From NCBI GenBank assembly GCA_963665125.2, contig CAXXUK010000002.1, positions 928,001-992,000 of the forward strand: a stretch of 64,000 nt of DNA, in the 5' to 3' direction. The stretch comes from an uncultured Desulfarculus sp. GTDB taxonomy: Bacteria; Desulfobacterota; Desulfarculia; Desulfarculales; Desulfarculaceae. Position 1 is the stretch's first letter, and each line of letters begins with the position of its first letter. The notes below the pieces were generated by a model. The model saw only the letters and a list, made by a program, of their open reading frames with translations. It was not told the origin of the DNA and did not search any database. Both the position numbers and the translations under genes were made by a program. Shown here in pieces: positions 35,505 to 46,339 of this stretch.

Positions 35505-35693
35505 ATGGCGGGTACCATCCGCGTCAAGCTTGTTAAAAGCGGCATCGGCCATACGCAGCGCCAGAAAGATACGCTGCGGGGCATGGGCCTGAACAAGCTG
35601 CAAAAAGTTGTGACATTGGAAGACACTCCGGCCATCCGTGGCATGGTCAAAAAAGTGGAGCATCTTGTTAAGGTGCTGCCTGATTCGGAGTAA
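35505..35693 (+). CDS. rpmD: 50S ribosomal protein L30
   Basis: TPAIRGM; position between rpsE and rplO. Confidence 0.97.
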   Translation: MAGTIRVKLVKSGIGHTQRQKDTLRGMGLNKLQKVVTLEDTPAIRGMVKKVEHLVKVLPDSE

Positions 35694-35699
35694 TCAGCG

Positions 35700-36140
35700 A
35701 TGAAGCTGAATGAACTTAAGCCGGCTGCCGGCTCTAAAAAGAACAGAAAGCGCATCGGTCGCGGCAAGGGCTCGGGCTGGGGCAAGACCTCGGGCAAGGG
35801 CCATAAGGGCCAGAACAGCCGCAGCGGCGGTGGTGTGCGTCCCGGCTTCGAGGGTGGCCAGATGCCTTTGCATCGCCGCCTGCCCAAGCGCGGATTCAAG
35901 AATATTTTCCGCAAGAAGATTGCCGAAATCAACTTGCGCGACCTAAACCGCTTCGATGCGGGCAGCGTAGTCGACGCCCAGGCTCTGGCCGAGGCCGGCC
36001 TGATCAAGGGCCAGTTCGACGTGATAAAGCTGTTGGGCCAAGGCGAAGTGGATCGGGCTCTGACCGTCCAGGTGGACAGGGTCAGCGAAAGTGCCAAGGC
36101 GAAGGTTGAAGCTGCTGGTGGAACGGTGGAGTTGAGTTAA
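35700..36140 (+). CDS. rplO: 50S ribosomal protein L15
   Basis: [15 protein letters not shown]. Confidence 0.99.
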   Translation: MKLNELKPAAGSKKNRKRIGRGKGSGWGKTSGKGHKGQNSRSGGGVRPGFEGGQMPLHRRLPKRGFKNIFRKKIAEINLRDLNRFDAGSVVDAQALAEAGLIKGQFDVIKLLGQGEVDRALTVQVDRVSESAKAKVEAAGGTVELS

Positions 36141-37448
36141 GTGGCCATCGAAGGCGTCGGAAACATTGGCAAGGTTCCGGAGCTGCGCAAGCGGGTCCTG
36201 TTTACGTTGATGATGTTGGCTGTGTACCGGATTGGCTGCGCCATTCCCACACCCGGCGTCGATGGCGCGGCATTGGCCGCCTTTTTCCAACACACCAATC
36301 TTCCGTTGCTGGGCTTGGTCAACATGTTCAGCGGCGGGGCCTTGGAGCGCATGAGTATCTTCGCTCTGGGCATCATGCCCTACATCAGCGCCAGCATCAT
36401 CATGGAGTTGCTGACGGTGGTGAGCCCGCGCCTGGCCGAGCTTAAAAAGGAAGGCCAGGAGGGGCGCAAGAAGATCACTCAGTACTCCCGCTACGGCACG
36501 GTGCTGCTATCGCTGATCCAGGGCTACGCCATCGCGGTGGGCTTGGAGAACATGCAATCACCGGCCGGCGGCCTTGTCGTCCCCGACGGAGGATGGGCCT
36601 TCCGGTTGATGACCATGATCACCCTGACCGCGGGCACCGCCTTTATCATGTGGCTGGGTGAACAGATCACAGAACGCGGCATCGGCAACGGTATCAGCCT
36701 GATCATTTTTGCCGGTATCGTGGCGCGCCTGCCATCAGCCATCTTCGACACCATCCGCATGGTGCGGGTCGGCGAGGTCAGCGTTTTCATGCTGGTGTTG
36801 CTGCTGGTCATGATGGTGGTGGTTATCGCGGCGATCTGCTTCGTGGAGCAGGGCCAAAGGCGCATTCCGGTGCAGTATGCCAAGCGTGTCGTTGGGCGTC
36901 GCATGTACGGCGGCCAGACAACGCACCTGCCGTTGAAGGTCAACACCGCGGGCGTTATCCCGCCGATCTTCGCCAGCAGCATCATCATGTTCCCGTCGAC
37001 CATCGCCCAGTTCATCGACGTGCCCTGGGTGAAGCAGATGGCGGCCTACATGACGCCGGGCGGCTGGGTCTACAACCTCGTTTACATCGCCATGATCGTT
37101 TTCTTCTGCTACTTCTACACGGCGGTGCAGTTCAACCCCACCGACGTGGCCGACAACATGAAGAAGTACGGTGGATTTGTTCCGGGCATACGCCCAGGCA
37201 AACGCACGGCTGACTATATCGACAGGGTTTTGACCAGGTTGACTCTGGGCGGTGCCGTATACGTCTCGGCGGTGTGCGTGTTGCCCACGGTTCTGATCAC
37301 CCAGTTCAACGTGCCGTTCTACTTCGGTGGCACGGCGCTGCTGATCGTCGTGGGCGTGGCCTTGGACACCATGGGCCAGATAGAAAGCCATCTCATGAGC
37401 AGGCACTACGACAGCCTTATGAAAAAAGGCGTGATAAAAGGCAGATAG
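36141..37448 (+). CDS. secY: Preprotein translocase SecY
   Basis: [25 protein letters not shown]. Confidence 0.99.
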   Translation: MAIEGVGNIGKVPELRKRVLFTLMMLAVYRIGCAIPTPGVDGAALAAFFQHTNLPLLGLVNMFSGGALERMSIFALGIMPYISASIIMELLTVVSPRLAELKKEGQEGRKKITQYSRYGTVLLSLIQGYAIAVGLENMQSPAGGLVVPDGGWAFRLMTMITLTAGTAFIMWLGEQITERGIGNGISLIIFAGIVARLPSAIFDTIRMVRVGEVSVFMLVLLLVMMVVVIAAICFVEQGQRRIPVQYAKRVVGRRMYGGQTTHLPLKVNTAGVIPPIFASSIIMFPSTIAQFIDVPWVKQMAAYMTPGGWVYNLVYIAMIVFFCYFYTAVQFNPTDVADNMKKYGGFVPGIRPGKRTADYIDRVLTRLTLGGAVYVSAVCVLPTVLITQFNVPFYFGGTALLIVVGVALDTMGQIESHLMSRHYDSLMKKGVIKGR

Positions 37449-37509
37449 AAGAGAGGCTCCAGATTTCGGGGGCCAGTAAATATAGATGCAATTTTTCAGG
37501 GAGCGGGAC

Positions 37510-38151
37510 ATGAATCTGATACTGTTGGGCCCTCCAGGCGCCGGTAAAGGCACTCAGGCTAAAAAACTGATTGATGCTTACGGAATTCCGCAAATTTCCA
37601 CTGGCGATATGCTTCGTGAGGCTGTAAAGAACCAGACCGAGTTGGGCATCGAAGCCAAGAAATTCATGGATGCCGGCAAGCTGGTCACCGACGAAATCGT
37701 CATCGGCCTGGCCAAGGACCGTATGGGCCAGCCTGACTGCGAAAAAGGCTTCATGCTCGACGGCTTCCCCCGGACCGTTCCCCAGGCCGAGGCTCTGGAC
37801 AAGGTTCTCGAGGATATGGGCCGCAAGATCGACCACGTGGTTAGCATCGAAGTGCCCAGCAGCGAACTGTTGGGTCGTTTGACCGGCCGCCGCACCTGCA
37901 AGGACTGCGGCGCGGGCTTCCACGTAATGTTTGATCCGCCCAAAGTAGAGGGTAAATGCGACAAGTGCGGCGGCGAGCTGTACCAGCGCGACGATGACAA
38001 TGAGGCGACCGTGTCCAATCGCCTGACGGTCTACGAGGACTCCACCAAGCCTCTGATCGACTACTATCAGGCCAAGACCCTGCTGCGGCCCATCGATGGT
38101 GTTGGTTCCATCGACGATATTTTTAGCCGCGTCAAGGCCGTTCTGGGCTAG
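37510..38151 (+). CDS. adk: Adenylate kinase
   Basis: GPPGAGKGT, LDGFPR, Zn-binding LID. Confidence 0.99.
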   Translation: MNLILLGPPGAGKGTQAKKLIDAYGIPQISTGDMLREAVKNQTELGIEAKKFMDAGKLVTDEIVIGLAKDRMGQPDCEKGFMLDGFPRTVPQAEALDKVLEDMGRKIDHVVSIEVPSSELLGRLTGRRTCKDCGAGFHVMFDPPKVEGKCDKCGGELYQRDDDNEATVSNRLTVYEDSTKPLIDYYQAKTLLRPIDGVGSIDDIFSRVKAVLG

Positions 38152-38173
38152 GTTGAGAAAGAGCCGGCAGCTC

Positions 38174-38920
38174 GTGATTATACTAAAAAGCCCGGAAGAA
38201 ATAGAACTGATGCGCGAGGCCAACAAGATTGTGGGCCGTGTGCTGCAAGCGGTCAGTAAAGAAGCCAAACCGGGTGTTACCACGGCCGAACTGGATAAGA
38301 TGGCCGAGGATATGTGCCAAAACGCGGGTTGCCGGCCCGCTTTCAAGGGATACCATGGATACCCCTTTTCGTTGTGCTGCTCGGTCAACGAGCAGGTGGT
38401 GCATGGCTTCCCCGGTGACAGGCCCCTGAAAGATGGGGACATCCTGTCAATGGACTTCGGCGTTGTAAAAGACGGTTTCTATGGCGACAGCGCCACGACT
38501 GTGGCCATAGGAGAAGTCAGCACTGAGGCCAAAAGGCTCATGGATGCCACCAAGAAGTCTCTTGACGCGGGAATCGAGCAGGCCCGGCCGGGCAACCGGT
38601 TGGGCGATATATCCGCGGCCGTTCAAAAGACGGCGGAGGACGCGGGCTTCAGCGTGGTAAGACAATTCGTCGGCCATGGAATAGGCAGGGCCTTGCACGA
38701 AGATCCCCAGGTGCCCAACTTCGGGAAAAAGGGCAAGGGGCTGCAACTCAAGGCCGGAATGGTCTTGGCCATAGAGCCAATGGTGAATGCTGGCGGTGTG
38801 GAAGTAAAAATTCTATCCGACGGCTGGACGGCAGTGACAGTGGACGGTAAACTTTCTGCCCACTTCGAGCATACGGTGGCCATTACCGATAACGGTCCCC
38901 GGATTCTGAGTTTGCCTTAA
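38174..38920 (+). CDS. map: Methionine aminopeptidase type I
   Basis: GHGIG, HEDP, IEPM, AHFEHT. Confidence 0.98.
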   Translation: MIILKSPEEIELMREANKIVGRVLQAVSKEAKPGVTTAELDKMAEDMCQNAGCRPAFKGYHGYPFSLCCSVNEQVVHGFPGDRPLKDGDILSMDFGVVKDGFYGDSATTVAIGEVSTEAKRLMDATKKSLDAGIEQARPGNRLGDISAAVQKTAEDAGFSVVRQFVGHGIGRALHEDPQVPNFGKKGKGLQLKAGMVLAIEPMVNAGGVEVKILSDGWTAVTVDGKLSAHFEHTVAITDNGPRILSLP

Positions 38921-39011
38921 GGGGCCAAGAGTCACTACAGGCGAAGAGGGCCAATTTCGGCCTTTTGCGTGTTCCACTTAGGCGCGCGATTATTGGAAAA
39001 AGGTAAGGCTC

Positions 39012-39128
39012 ATGAAAGTGCGAGCATCAGTGAAAAAGATCTGCAAAGACTGCAAGATCATCAGGCGCAACGGCGTTGTCCGTATCGTCTGCAAGAAAAA
39101 CCCTCGTCATAACCAGCGTCAGGGTTAA
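39012..39128 (+). CDS. rpmJ: 50S ribosomal protein L36
   Basis: Manual translation [38 protein letters not shown]. Confidence 0.97.
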   Translation: MKVRASVKKICKDCKIIRRNGVVRIVCKKNPRHNQRQG

Positions 39129-39139
39129 GGAGGTAGCGC

Positions 39140-39511
39140 GTGGCACGTATCGCAGGCATAGATTTGCCCCGCAATAAGCGTATTGAAGTGGCGCTAACCT
39201 ATATTTACGGCATCGGACTGAGCACGTCCCAGAAGATCCTGGACATTGCCGGCGTTAACCCGGACACCAAGAGCGATGCGCTCTCCTCCGAAGAGGTTAA
39301 CCGCATTCGTCAGGTCATTGACGACAGCTACACGGTGGAGGGTGACCTGCGCCGTGAAGTATCGATGAATATCAAACGGTTGATGGACCTGGGTTCATAC
39401 CGCGGGCTTCGTCACCGTCGTGGTCTGCCGGTAAACGGTCAGCGCACGCGGACCAACGCCCGCACCCGCAAGGGACCGCGCCGGGCCGTGGTTGGTAAGA
39501 GGAAGAAGTAA
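39140..39511 (+). CDS. rpsM: 30S ribosomal protein S13
   Basis: [18 protein letters not shown]. Confidence 0.99.
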   Translation: MARIAGIDLPRNKRIEVALTYIYGIGLSTSQKILDIAGVNPDTKSDALSSEEVNRIRQVIDDSYTVEGDLRREVSMNIKRLMDLGSYRGLRHRRGLPVNGQRTRTNARTRKGPRRAVVGKRKK

Positions 39512-39907
39512 ATGGCCAAAGCGCAGAAGAAGACCGTTCGTAAGCGCAAGGAACGTAAAAACGTTCCCACGGGCGTAGTTCACATCCAGTCTACGTTCAA
39601 CAACACCATCATCACCATTTGCGATGTCCAGGGAAACACGATTTCCTGGGCCTCTGGCGGTGCGCAGGGTTTCAAGGGCTCCCGTAAGTCCACTCCCTTT
39701 GCCGCCCAGTTGGCAGCTGAAGATGCGGCCAAAAAGGCAATTGATAATGGTATGCGCACGGTTGAGGTCAATGTGAAGGGCCCGGGTGCCGGCCGCGAAG
39801 CCGCCCTGCGCGCCATCAGCAACGCGGGTCTAAACGTCTCGGTCATTCGCGACGTTACTCCTGTCCCGCACAATGGCTGCCGTCCGCCTAAACGGCGTCG
39901 AGTTTAG
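39512..39907 (+). CDS. rpsK: 30S ribosomal protein S11
   Basis: [15 protein letters not shown]. Confidence 0.99.
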   Translation: MAKAQKKTVRKRKERKNVPTGVVHIQSTFNNTIITICDVQGNTISWASGGAQGFKGSRKSTPFAAQLAAEDAAKKAIDNGMRTVEVNVKGPGAGREAALRAISNAGLNVSVIRDVTPVPHNGCRPPKRRRV

Positions 39908-39942
39908 GCCCCACAGGGCCTCGATTATACGGAGGAACTATC

Positions 39943-40572
39943 TTGGCAAGGTACAGAGGTTCCGTTTGCCGGCTATGCCGCCGGGAAATGCAGAAACTTT
40001 ACCTCAAGGGCGACCGTTGCTTTGGCGACAAATGCGCCGTTGAACGCAGGACATATCCGCCGGGTCAGCACGGCCAAAACCGTCGCATGAAGCCCAGCGA
40101 TTATGGTATTCAGCTTCGCGAAAAGCAGAAGGTCAAGCGCATGTACGGCCTGGCGGAAAAGCAATTCCGCCTGACATACCATCGCGCCTCTGCCATGCGC
40201 GGAGTGACCGGCCACAATTTGCTTCAGCTTCTGGAGCGCCGGCTGGACAACGTTGTCTATCGCCTTGGATTTGCAAACAGCCGCAATCAAGCCAGACTAT
40301 GGGTTCGGCATGGCCACTTCACCATCAACGGGCACAAGGTAAATATTCCTTCGGCTCTGGTTAAAGCTGGTGATGTGGTGGCTGTCGCCCCCAAGAGCCG
40401 CGAAATCGGCCAAATCAAAGAGGCTATGGAAACTGTCGCCCGGCGCACCATCCCCAGTTGGCTGGAAGTGGAGGCCAAGGAGTTCAGCGGAACGGTGAAA
40501 GCCCTGCCCACCCGCGAGGAGCTGACAGTGCCCATGCAGGAGCAGCTCATCGTGGAGCTCTACTCCCGCTAG
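39943..40572 (+). CDS. rpsD: 30S ribosomal protein S4
   Basis: [18 protein letters not shown]. Confidence 0.99.
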   Translation: MARYRGSVCRLCRREMQKLYLKGDRCFGDKCAVERRTYPPGQHGQNRRMKPSDYGIQLREKQKVKRMYGLAEKQFRLTYHRASAMRGVTGHNLLQLLERRLDNVVYRLGFANSRNQARLWVRHGHFTINGHKVNIPSALVKAGDVVAVAPKSREIGQIKEAMETVARRTIPSWLEVEAKEFSGTVKALPTREELTVPMQEQLIVELYSR

Positions 40573-40603
40573 CACCTCTTAACCCGACTCTACGGAGGAG
40601 CTC

Positions 40604-41608
40604 ATGGAGAGGAACTGGAGAGAGCTGATCAAGCCCTTGCGGCTCGAAGTGGACGAACAGAGCCAGAGCGGAAGCTATGGCAAATTTTCCTGCGAGCCCC
40701 TGGAGCGGGGTTTTGGCCACACAATCGGCAACGCCTTGAGACGTATTCTGATCTCGTCGTTGCAGGGTTCGGCCATAACCAACGTGCGCATGGATGGGGT
40801 GCTTCACGAGTTCTCGACCATACCCGGAGTGCTTGAGGATGTAACAGACATCATCCTCAACCTGAAGGGTGTGCGGCTGCGATACCTTGGCTTCGAGCCT
40901 ACTACGCTGACCATCAGCGCGGCTGGCGAGAGTGTGGTAAAGGCCGGCGACATCAAAGTGCCGCCCGATGTGGAGATCCTCAATCCGGAGCACCATATCG
41001 CCACGCTCAGCCCCGAAGGCAAGCTCCAGGCCGAGTTGACGGTATGCACCGGCAAGGGCTATGTGGCCGCCGAGCGCAATAAAAGTGAAGACGACCCCAT
41101 CGGAATGATTGCCATTGATGCGGCGTTTTCGCCAATAGTAAAAGTTAGTTATGTGGTCACCCAGGCACGCGTGGGGCAGATCACCGACTACGACAAACTG
41201 ACCCTTGAAGTACACACCAACGGCTCAGTACGGCCCGAGGACGCGGTGGCCTATTCGGCCAAGATTCTCAAGGAGCAGTTGCAGATATTCATCAACTTCC
41301 CCGAGGAGCCTGAACCGGTCGTCGAGGAAGAACGGGAAGAACCCAAGCTCAACGAGAACCTGTTCCGTACGGTCGATGAGCTTGAGTTGAGTGTGCGTAG
41401 CGCCAACTGCCTCAAGAACGCCGACATCAAGTACATCGGCGAGTTGGTGCAGCGTAGCGAGGCCGAGATGCTCAAAACAAAGAATTTCGGCCGCAAGTCG
41501 CTCAACGAGATCAAGGAAATGCTAACTGACATGGGCCTTTCTCTGGGCATGAAGCTCGACAGCTTCCCGCTCCGGGAGGACCTTGAGAATAGGGAAAAGG
41601 AAAAATGA
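40604..41608 (+). CDS. rpoA: RNA polymerase alpha subunit
   Basis: [23 protein letters not shown]. Confidence 0.99.
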   Translation: MERNWRELIKPLRLEVDEQSQSGSYGKFSCEPLERGFGHTIGNALRRILISSLQGSAITNVRMDGVLHEFSTIPGVLEDVTDIILNLKGVRLRYLGFEPTTLTISAAGESVVKAGDIKVPPDVEILNPEHHIATLSPEGKLQAELTVCTGKGYVAAERNKSEDDPIGMIAIDAAFSPIVKVSYVVTQARVGQITDYDKLTLEVHTNGSVRPEDAVAYSAKILKEQLQIFINFPEEPEPVVEEEREEPKLNENLFRTVDELELSVRSANCLKNADIKYIGELVQRSEAEMLKTKNFGRKSLNEIKEMLTDMGLSLGMKLDSFPLREDLENREKEK

Positions 41609-41970
41609 GACACCGCAGGCTAAGCACGAGACTGTCGCGCGATACGGCCCACCGAAAGGCCATGATGCGCAATCTGGTGACCTCGCTGTTTGAGCACGAG
41701 CGGGTCGAGACCACCCAGACCAAGGCAAAGGAACTCAAGCGCGCCGCCGACAAGATGATTACCCTGGCCAAGCGCGGCGACCTGCACGCCAGGCGGCAGG
41801 CGGAGTCATTCATCCGCAGCCACCAGGTCTGCGGCAAGCTCTTTGCCGAAGCCAACCAACGCTTCCAGAATCGTAGCGGCGGTTATGTTCGCGTGGTTCC
41901 CTCCCGCATCCGCCGGGGCGATGCCGCTCCCATGGCCATTGTGGAACTGGTCTCCGCTTCGGACAAATAG
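41605..41970 (+). CDS. rplQ: 50S ribosomal protein L17
   Basis: [13 protein letters not shown]. Confidence 0.99.
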   Translation: MRHRRLSTRLSRDTAHRKAMMRNLVTSLFEHERVETTQTKAKELKRAADKMITLAKRGDLHARRQAESFIRSHQVCGKLFAEANQRFQNRSGGYVRVVPSRIRRGDAAPMAIVELVSASDK

Positions 41971-41996
41971 CGGCCCTTTCGCCAAGACACAAATGA

Positions 41997-42035
41997 AGGA
42001 CCGGCCCGCGTGATGGTCACGCAGGCCGGTCTTTT
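41997..42035 (+). terminator. Terminator at end of alpha operon
   Basis: gaccggcccgcgtga...tcacgcaggccggtc-tttt. Confidence 0.7.
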
Positions 42036-42044
42036 GCTGTTTGG

Positions 42045-42836
42045 CTATGGCGTGGGTAGATTTTCCAGGAAATTCAATACGATATTGAAGGTTTCGCCGT
42101 TTTTGTCGTCCAACCAGAAGTTGTGGGGCTTGCCCGGCAGATAGATATAGTCCGCGCCCAGTTTGTTGGCCAGTTTGGACATGGCCGCGGGGGGCATGAA
42201 ATAGTCATGCTCAGCGGCCACCAGCAGGCGCGGCGAACGGCCCAGGGGCGGGTTGGCCCGGCAAAGGCCAAGCCCCATGGACAGGATGACCATGGCCGGT
42301 TCGGGGACCAGGGCCTGGAGGTAATCAGGCAGGCGCTCTTCGGGCATGCCCGGCCAAAAGAGCTGGCGGGCCATCTTGGGCGTGCTGGTGGCCACGGCCA
42401 TGCCGATCATGGGTTTGAACAGAGCAGCCGGGTATTGAAGACCCATCTTGGCAAGACGTGAAATAGGCAGACCTGATCCGGGCAGCGGCGCCAAGAGAAC
42501 CGCGGGCAGATCCACAGCCTCCAGCAGCTTCTGGACGATCCAGCCCCCCATTGAATGACCGATGATTACGGGATTTTTCAAAGAGGCAACGGCCCTTGTT
42601 GCATAAGCAGCGTAATGGGCCGTTGTGGTCATGGCCGGCAAAGGCCAGGCCTGGGAGCCGTGTCCGGGCAAATCCAGCAGGTGCGCCCGCCAGCCCGCTT
42701 TGGCCGTGGATGCGGCCAAAGCCTCCCAGCACCATGCGCCGTGCCAGGCACCGTGAATGAAAAGTACATCCCTGCCCGTGGAATCAGGGTTAAGGCTCTC
42801 CATGGCCACCGGAACATGGTCGAACGGCTGAGCCAT
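42045..42836 (-). CDS. Alpha/beta-fold hydrolase
   Basis: HGAWHG, DLPGHG, GHSMGG nucleophile elbow. Confidence 0.92.
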   Translation of the reverse strand: MAQPFDHVPVAMESLNPDSTGRDVLFIHGAWHGAWCWEALAASTAKAGWRAHLLDLPGHGSQAWPLPAMTTTAHYAAYATRAVASLKNPVIIGHSMGGWIVQKLLEAVDLPAVLLAPLPGSGLPISRLAKMGLQYPAALFKPMIGMAVATSTPKMARQLFWPGMPEERLPDYLQALVPEPAMVILSMGLGLCRANPPLGRSPRLLVAAEHDYFMPPAAMSKLANKLGADYIYLPGKPHNFWLDDKNGETFNIVLNFLENLPTP

Positions 42837-42847
42837 CGATTCTCCCC

Positions 42848-43237
42848 TTATTTGTCGCCTGATTTCCTTTTACTCAACCGGTCCACTATGCGTTCGGCAT
42901 AGCTGTGTTCATCCAGTACGGATGAGCCTGGCCGCAGTTCACCCAACTTCATGGTCAGGTAATTGAGGCGTTTGAGGGCCTTGTAGCGTGTTTTTTCATC
43001 GGTGGCATTGGCCAATAGGTCCTCAACCTGGACCAGTTCGGCGCGTGCTTCAATTTCCGGCGGCGTGAAACCGGCGTTTTTCAGCACCTTGAAAGCCATG
43101 CGCAGGTCATCGGGAACACGTGAATCGTCTTCAATGATCATGGGTTTGCCCTTGCCGGGCAAGTTGTCCATTTCGCCGCGTTCCGTGGCCTGTTTTATTC
43201 TTTCCTCGGCGATTTTGGCGATGATGCCCAAAACCAT
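42848..43237 (-). CDS. DUF1992-like (DnaJ-family-associated) protein
   Basis: IAEERI...GEMDNLPGKGKP...LKNAGFTPP; start at MVLG after AGGAG. Confidence 0.85.
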   Translation of the reverse strand: MVLGIIAKIAEERIKQATERGEMDNLPGKGKPMIIEDDSRVPDDLRMAFKVLKNAGFTPPEIEARAELVQVEDLLANATDEKTRYKALKRLNYLTMKLGELRPGSSVLDEHSYAERIVDRLSKRKSGDK

Positions 43238-43304
43238 GAGGCTCTCCTGTTGAGTATTTCGGCAAAAGTATATCGCAATGGGACCGGTTGGGGGAAGTTT
43301 ATGT

Positions 43305-44354
43305 TCAGCCCCCCAGACGGGACATTTGGCAGCCGCTTGGCGCTTGCCTGTCCGGCTTGGTGTAGCCGTGGCGCCTGGGCTTGTTTTGGGCCGCCGAGGC
43401 GATGGCCTCGGCAAGTTGATCGTCAGATGCGTCGGAACGCAGAATAGGGGCCAGGGCGACGCGGCGGTCATTGAACAGGCAAGGCACCAGGTAGCCGTCG
43501 GAAGTCAGGCGCAGGCGGTTGCATTGATCACAGAAATGACTGCTGATGGCGCTGATCACGCCTATCTCTCCGGCCCAGCCTTCGGGCTTGTAGCGCCTGG
43601 CCGGACCGTCGGCTGAATTGTTGGTAAGGGGCTGCAAGGAAGCGATGCGCTTCAGACGGCGCAGGACATCGTCGGAAGATACAAAACGATCCGGCCGGTA
43701 GGCTGTTTGGCGGCCCACGGGCATGTATTCGATAAAGCGTACGGCCAAAGGCTTTTGGTGAGCCAGGGCGGCGAATTCCTCCAACTCGTCTTCATTGAGC
43801 CCGGCCATGGGCACCACGTTGAGCTTAACCTGCAATTCGGGCCGTTGCAGGGCCATGTCCAGGCCGTGTATGATCTCCTTGAGCGCGGCCGGGCCATGCT
43901 CCGGCGGCAAACCGGCTATGGCGGCAAAGCGCTCTGGTCTGAGCGTATCCAGGCTCAAGTTGATGGTGGAAACGCCGCCGGCTATAAGGTCATCCAGGCG
44001 GCGCGCCAAAATCATGCCGTTTGTGGTCAGGCGTATGTCCGGCCTGGGGTCGAGCTTTCCAAACAGTTCCAGCAGGTAATTAATGTTGCGCCTGAGTAGT
44101 GGTTCGCCGCCGGTCAGGCGGATTTTCTCCACGCCCATGGATACGGCTATCCGGGCAACCCTGGCAATTTCCTCAAGGCGCAGGATTTCTTCGTGCGGTA
44201 TTTTGGGCACGCCTTCCGGAGGCATGCAGTATACACAACGCAGGTTGCACCGGTCAGTGAGTGAAATTCGCAGGTAATTTAATTTTCTGCCGAAATTGTC
44301 AATAAGTGTCGGAAAACCTTGAATGTCGGATTGTTCGCCACTATTAGCGGTCAT
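43305..44354 (-). CDS. moaA: GTP 3',8-cyclase MoaA
   Basis: CNLRCVYC, RLTGGEPL, FCDQCNRLRLT, C-terminal GG. Confidence 0.97.
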   Translation of the reverse strand: MTANSGEQSDIQGFPTLIDNFGRKLNYLRISLTDRCNLRCVYCMPPEGVPKIPHEEILRLEEIARVARIAVSMGVEKIRLTGGEPLLRRNINYLLELFGKLDPRPDIRLTTNGMILARRLDDLIAGGVSTINLSLDTLRPERFAAIAGLPPEHGPAALKEIIHGLDMALQRPELQVKLNVVPMAGLNEDELEEFAALAHQKPLAVRFIEYMPVGRQTAYRPDRFVSSDDVLRRLKRIASLQPLTNNSADGPARRYKPEGWAGEIGVISAISSHFCDQCNRLRLTSDGYLVPCLFNDRRVALAPILRSDASDDQLAEAIASAAQNKPRRHGYTKPDRQAPSGCQMSRLGG

Positions 44355-44416
44355 CTGGTATGCCTATCAAAAAAACATGTAAAGATAACTTAGTTTAGTA
44401 CCACCAACACCGTGCG

Positions 44417-46084
44417 TCAATGACTCACCATGGCTTTACACCATTGCACCACCAGGGTCAGTTTTTCATATTCGCTCTTCATTTGCATGTCATAGTTTGT
44501 TTTAGCTTCATAACTCAGGGCGCGGCGTTTGAGATATGGATCGTCGAGGTAGCTCTGACAAATGCGCAGCAGCTTGCGCATAACCCTGGGGTGGTCGGCC
44601 GCCAATTGCTCTCCCTCCTCGCTTAGAAAGTGGTTCAGAATGATCAATATCTGCAAGTGCTGCAGTTTGCGCCCTTCATAGTCGGCGCGGTTACGCACCA
44701 GCCGCTCCAATAGGCGCATGCGGTGGGCCAGGCGCAGTTCGGTCAACAGTCCCTGGATTTCCTGGACCAACTCGCGGTGTCTGTCAAAGCAGGAGGCCAG
44801 GTCCTGGTCATCCAAAAAGCTGATGACAACCTTTACGATGCGCTCGAAATGATCCGGGCTGTAGTCGGCAATCTGGAAACGGTTTTTTTGCAACCATGCC
44901 GCCAGGAAGCGCAGTCGGTCGTCCACGTCCATGGTGGCGGCGATTATTTCGCGCTGGGAATAGACAATGGCGCCCTGGTGTTCGCCGCGCACAATATCAT
45001 TGAGTTGCAGCAGGCGGTCCTGGCTCAGGCCCAGGATGTCCAGGCCTTCCAGAATTTCGCCTGTCTGGGGATGTACGACCTCCTGGGTCAGGACCGAGCA
45101 TGCGCGGTCTTCCATGACATTGTCGCGGTGATAAGCATGCTGTTGATATTTGACGCGCAGAATGACCACCTGACGCTTGGCGTCCACGAAATAGCCGCCT
45201 TTGGTCATATGCTCGAGACGCTGCGAGTCGCAGCCCGTGGCGCGCACCAAGGCTACCTTTTCGACACGGGGAAGTCTTCCCACGGCCCCCTCGCTGGTCA
45301 GCGTGGTCAGCGTGCGGTCGCTGTGGCCCAGAACCTTTACGGCGAAGCGTTCCTTGCGCCGGAGCAGGCGCCGGGCAAAAAGAGCTGCGGATGTATGGCG
45401 TTCGCCGCAGATGGGAAATGCTGTCTGTTCCATTAAAAAGCGGTAGACGAACAGGCGATTGGCTGCATACATGGCGTTGTCGCCCGGTGTGAATTTGCCA
45501 ATGGCCTGGCCCAAGCGCTTGATCTCTCCGTCGAGGTCAGAGGGAAAGGAGGCGAATATGCCGGCTAGGCGGAATTCATCGTCGGTGTCCCTGGCTATGA
45601 CATGGCCCCGGTCCATGCGCAGCAGCAGCCTGAGTAGCTCTGGGTAGTTGGCCAGGGGGGTCAGGGCCTTGCGGCCGACGATATTTTCCATGTCCGCCAA
45701 TAAATTTCGCGGCAGGCGGTCGCGGAAGGTCTGGCGGTTTGCCGCGGCCAGGGTTGGGTCCATGGGCCTGCCCTCGGGCGGCATGATGTCGAATTGAAAG
45801 CCTTCGTCCTGATAGCTTATGGGCCTGTCCAGGATCACCATGCTGAAGGCGGGCAAATTGCCGTGTTCTACCAGAGGGCTGTCCAGAGGCGGCGCCAACT
45901 CCCGGGACTCCACCAAAGGATAGTCCGGCCCGTAATGGGATAAAAGACCGCAATTGATGTGGAGGAAGTCCAGAGCTTGGACCAAGTTGTTGAAATTGCC
46001 GGGCCCCCGGTCGCCGCCGAAGTAATCCCCGAGGGGTGTGTCCTGGATTTTTACTTGGCCGAAGGCTTTTTTGCGTTTGGTCAT
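44417..46084 (-). CDS. Hypothetical protein (~555 aa)
   Basis: Long ORF with host-like composition; no motif recognised. Confidence 0.8.
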   Translation of the reverse strand: MTKRKKAFGQVKIQDTPLGDYFGGDRGPGNFNNLVQALDFLHINCGLLSHYGPDYPLVESRELAPPLDSPLVEHGNLPAFSMVILDRPISYQDEGFQFDIMPPEGRPMDPTLAAANRQTFRDRLPRNLLADMENIVGRKALTPLANYPELLRLLLRMDRGHVIARDTDDEFRLAGIFASFPSDLDGEIKRLGQAIGKFTPGDNAMYAANRLFVYRFLMEQTAFPICGERHTSAALFARRLLRRKERFAVKVLGHSDRTLTTLTSEGAVGRLPRVEKVALVRATGCDSQRLEHMTKGGYFVDAKRQVVILRVKYQQHAYHRDNVMEDRACSVLTQEVVHPQTGEILEGLDILGLSQDRLLQLNDIVRGEHQGAIVYSQREIIAATMDVDDRLRFLAAWLQKNRFQIADYSPDHFERIVKVVISFLDDQDLASCFDRHRELVQEIQGLLTELRLAHRMRLLERLVRNRADYEGRKLQHLQILIILNHFLSEEGEQLAADHPRVMRKLLRICQSYLDDPYLKRRALSYEAKTNYDMQMKSEYEKLTLVVQWCKAMVSH

Positions 46085-46183
46085 CGCCACTCGGAAGCTA
46101 AGAGATTGAAAAAGTAGTAACATGTCAGAAGGAAGCCGGTCAACCTTTCCTGGCCAAAGTGAATAAATAATGCCTCTGGCAAG

Positions 46184-46214
46184 TTGACAAGGGAGGCTGC
46201 TTCTGATAGATAAT
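46184..46214 (+). promoter_or_regulatory. Sigma70-like promoter of tRNA-Ala
   Basis: TTGACA-17 nt-TAGATA(AT). Confidence 0.55.
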
Positions 46215-46224
46215 TCTCCGCAAC

Positions 46225-46300
46225 GGGGCTATAGCTCAGCTGGGAGAGCGCCTGACTGGCAGTCAGGAGGTCTGGGGTTCAAGTCCCCATAGCTCCACCA
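46225..46300 (+). tRNA. tRNA-Ala (GGC)
   Basis: GGGGCTA acceptor with G3:U70, cctga-ctggcag-tcagg, ACCA end. Confidence 0.97.
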
Positions 46301-46339
46301 AAGATATCAACGGGTTAGCTGGAAACGGCTAATCCGTTT

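Noticed and set aside
38921..39011. infA absent between map and rpmJ
   Set aside because: Only a ~90-nt spacer; relocation of infA is common and unremarkable
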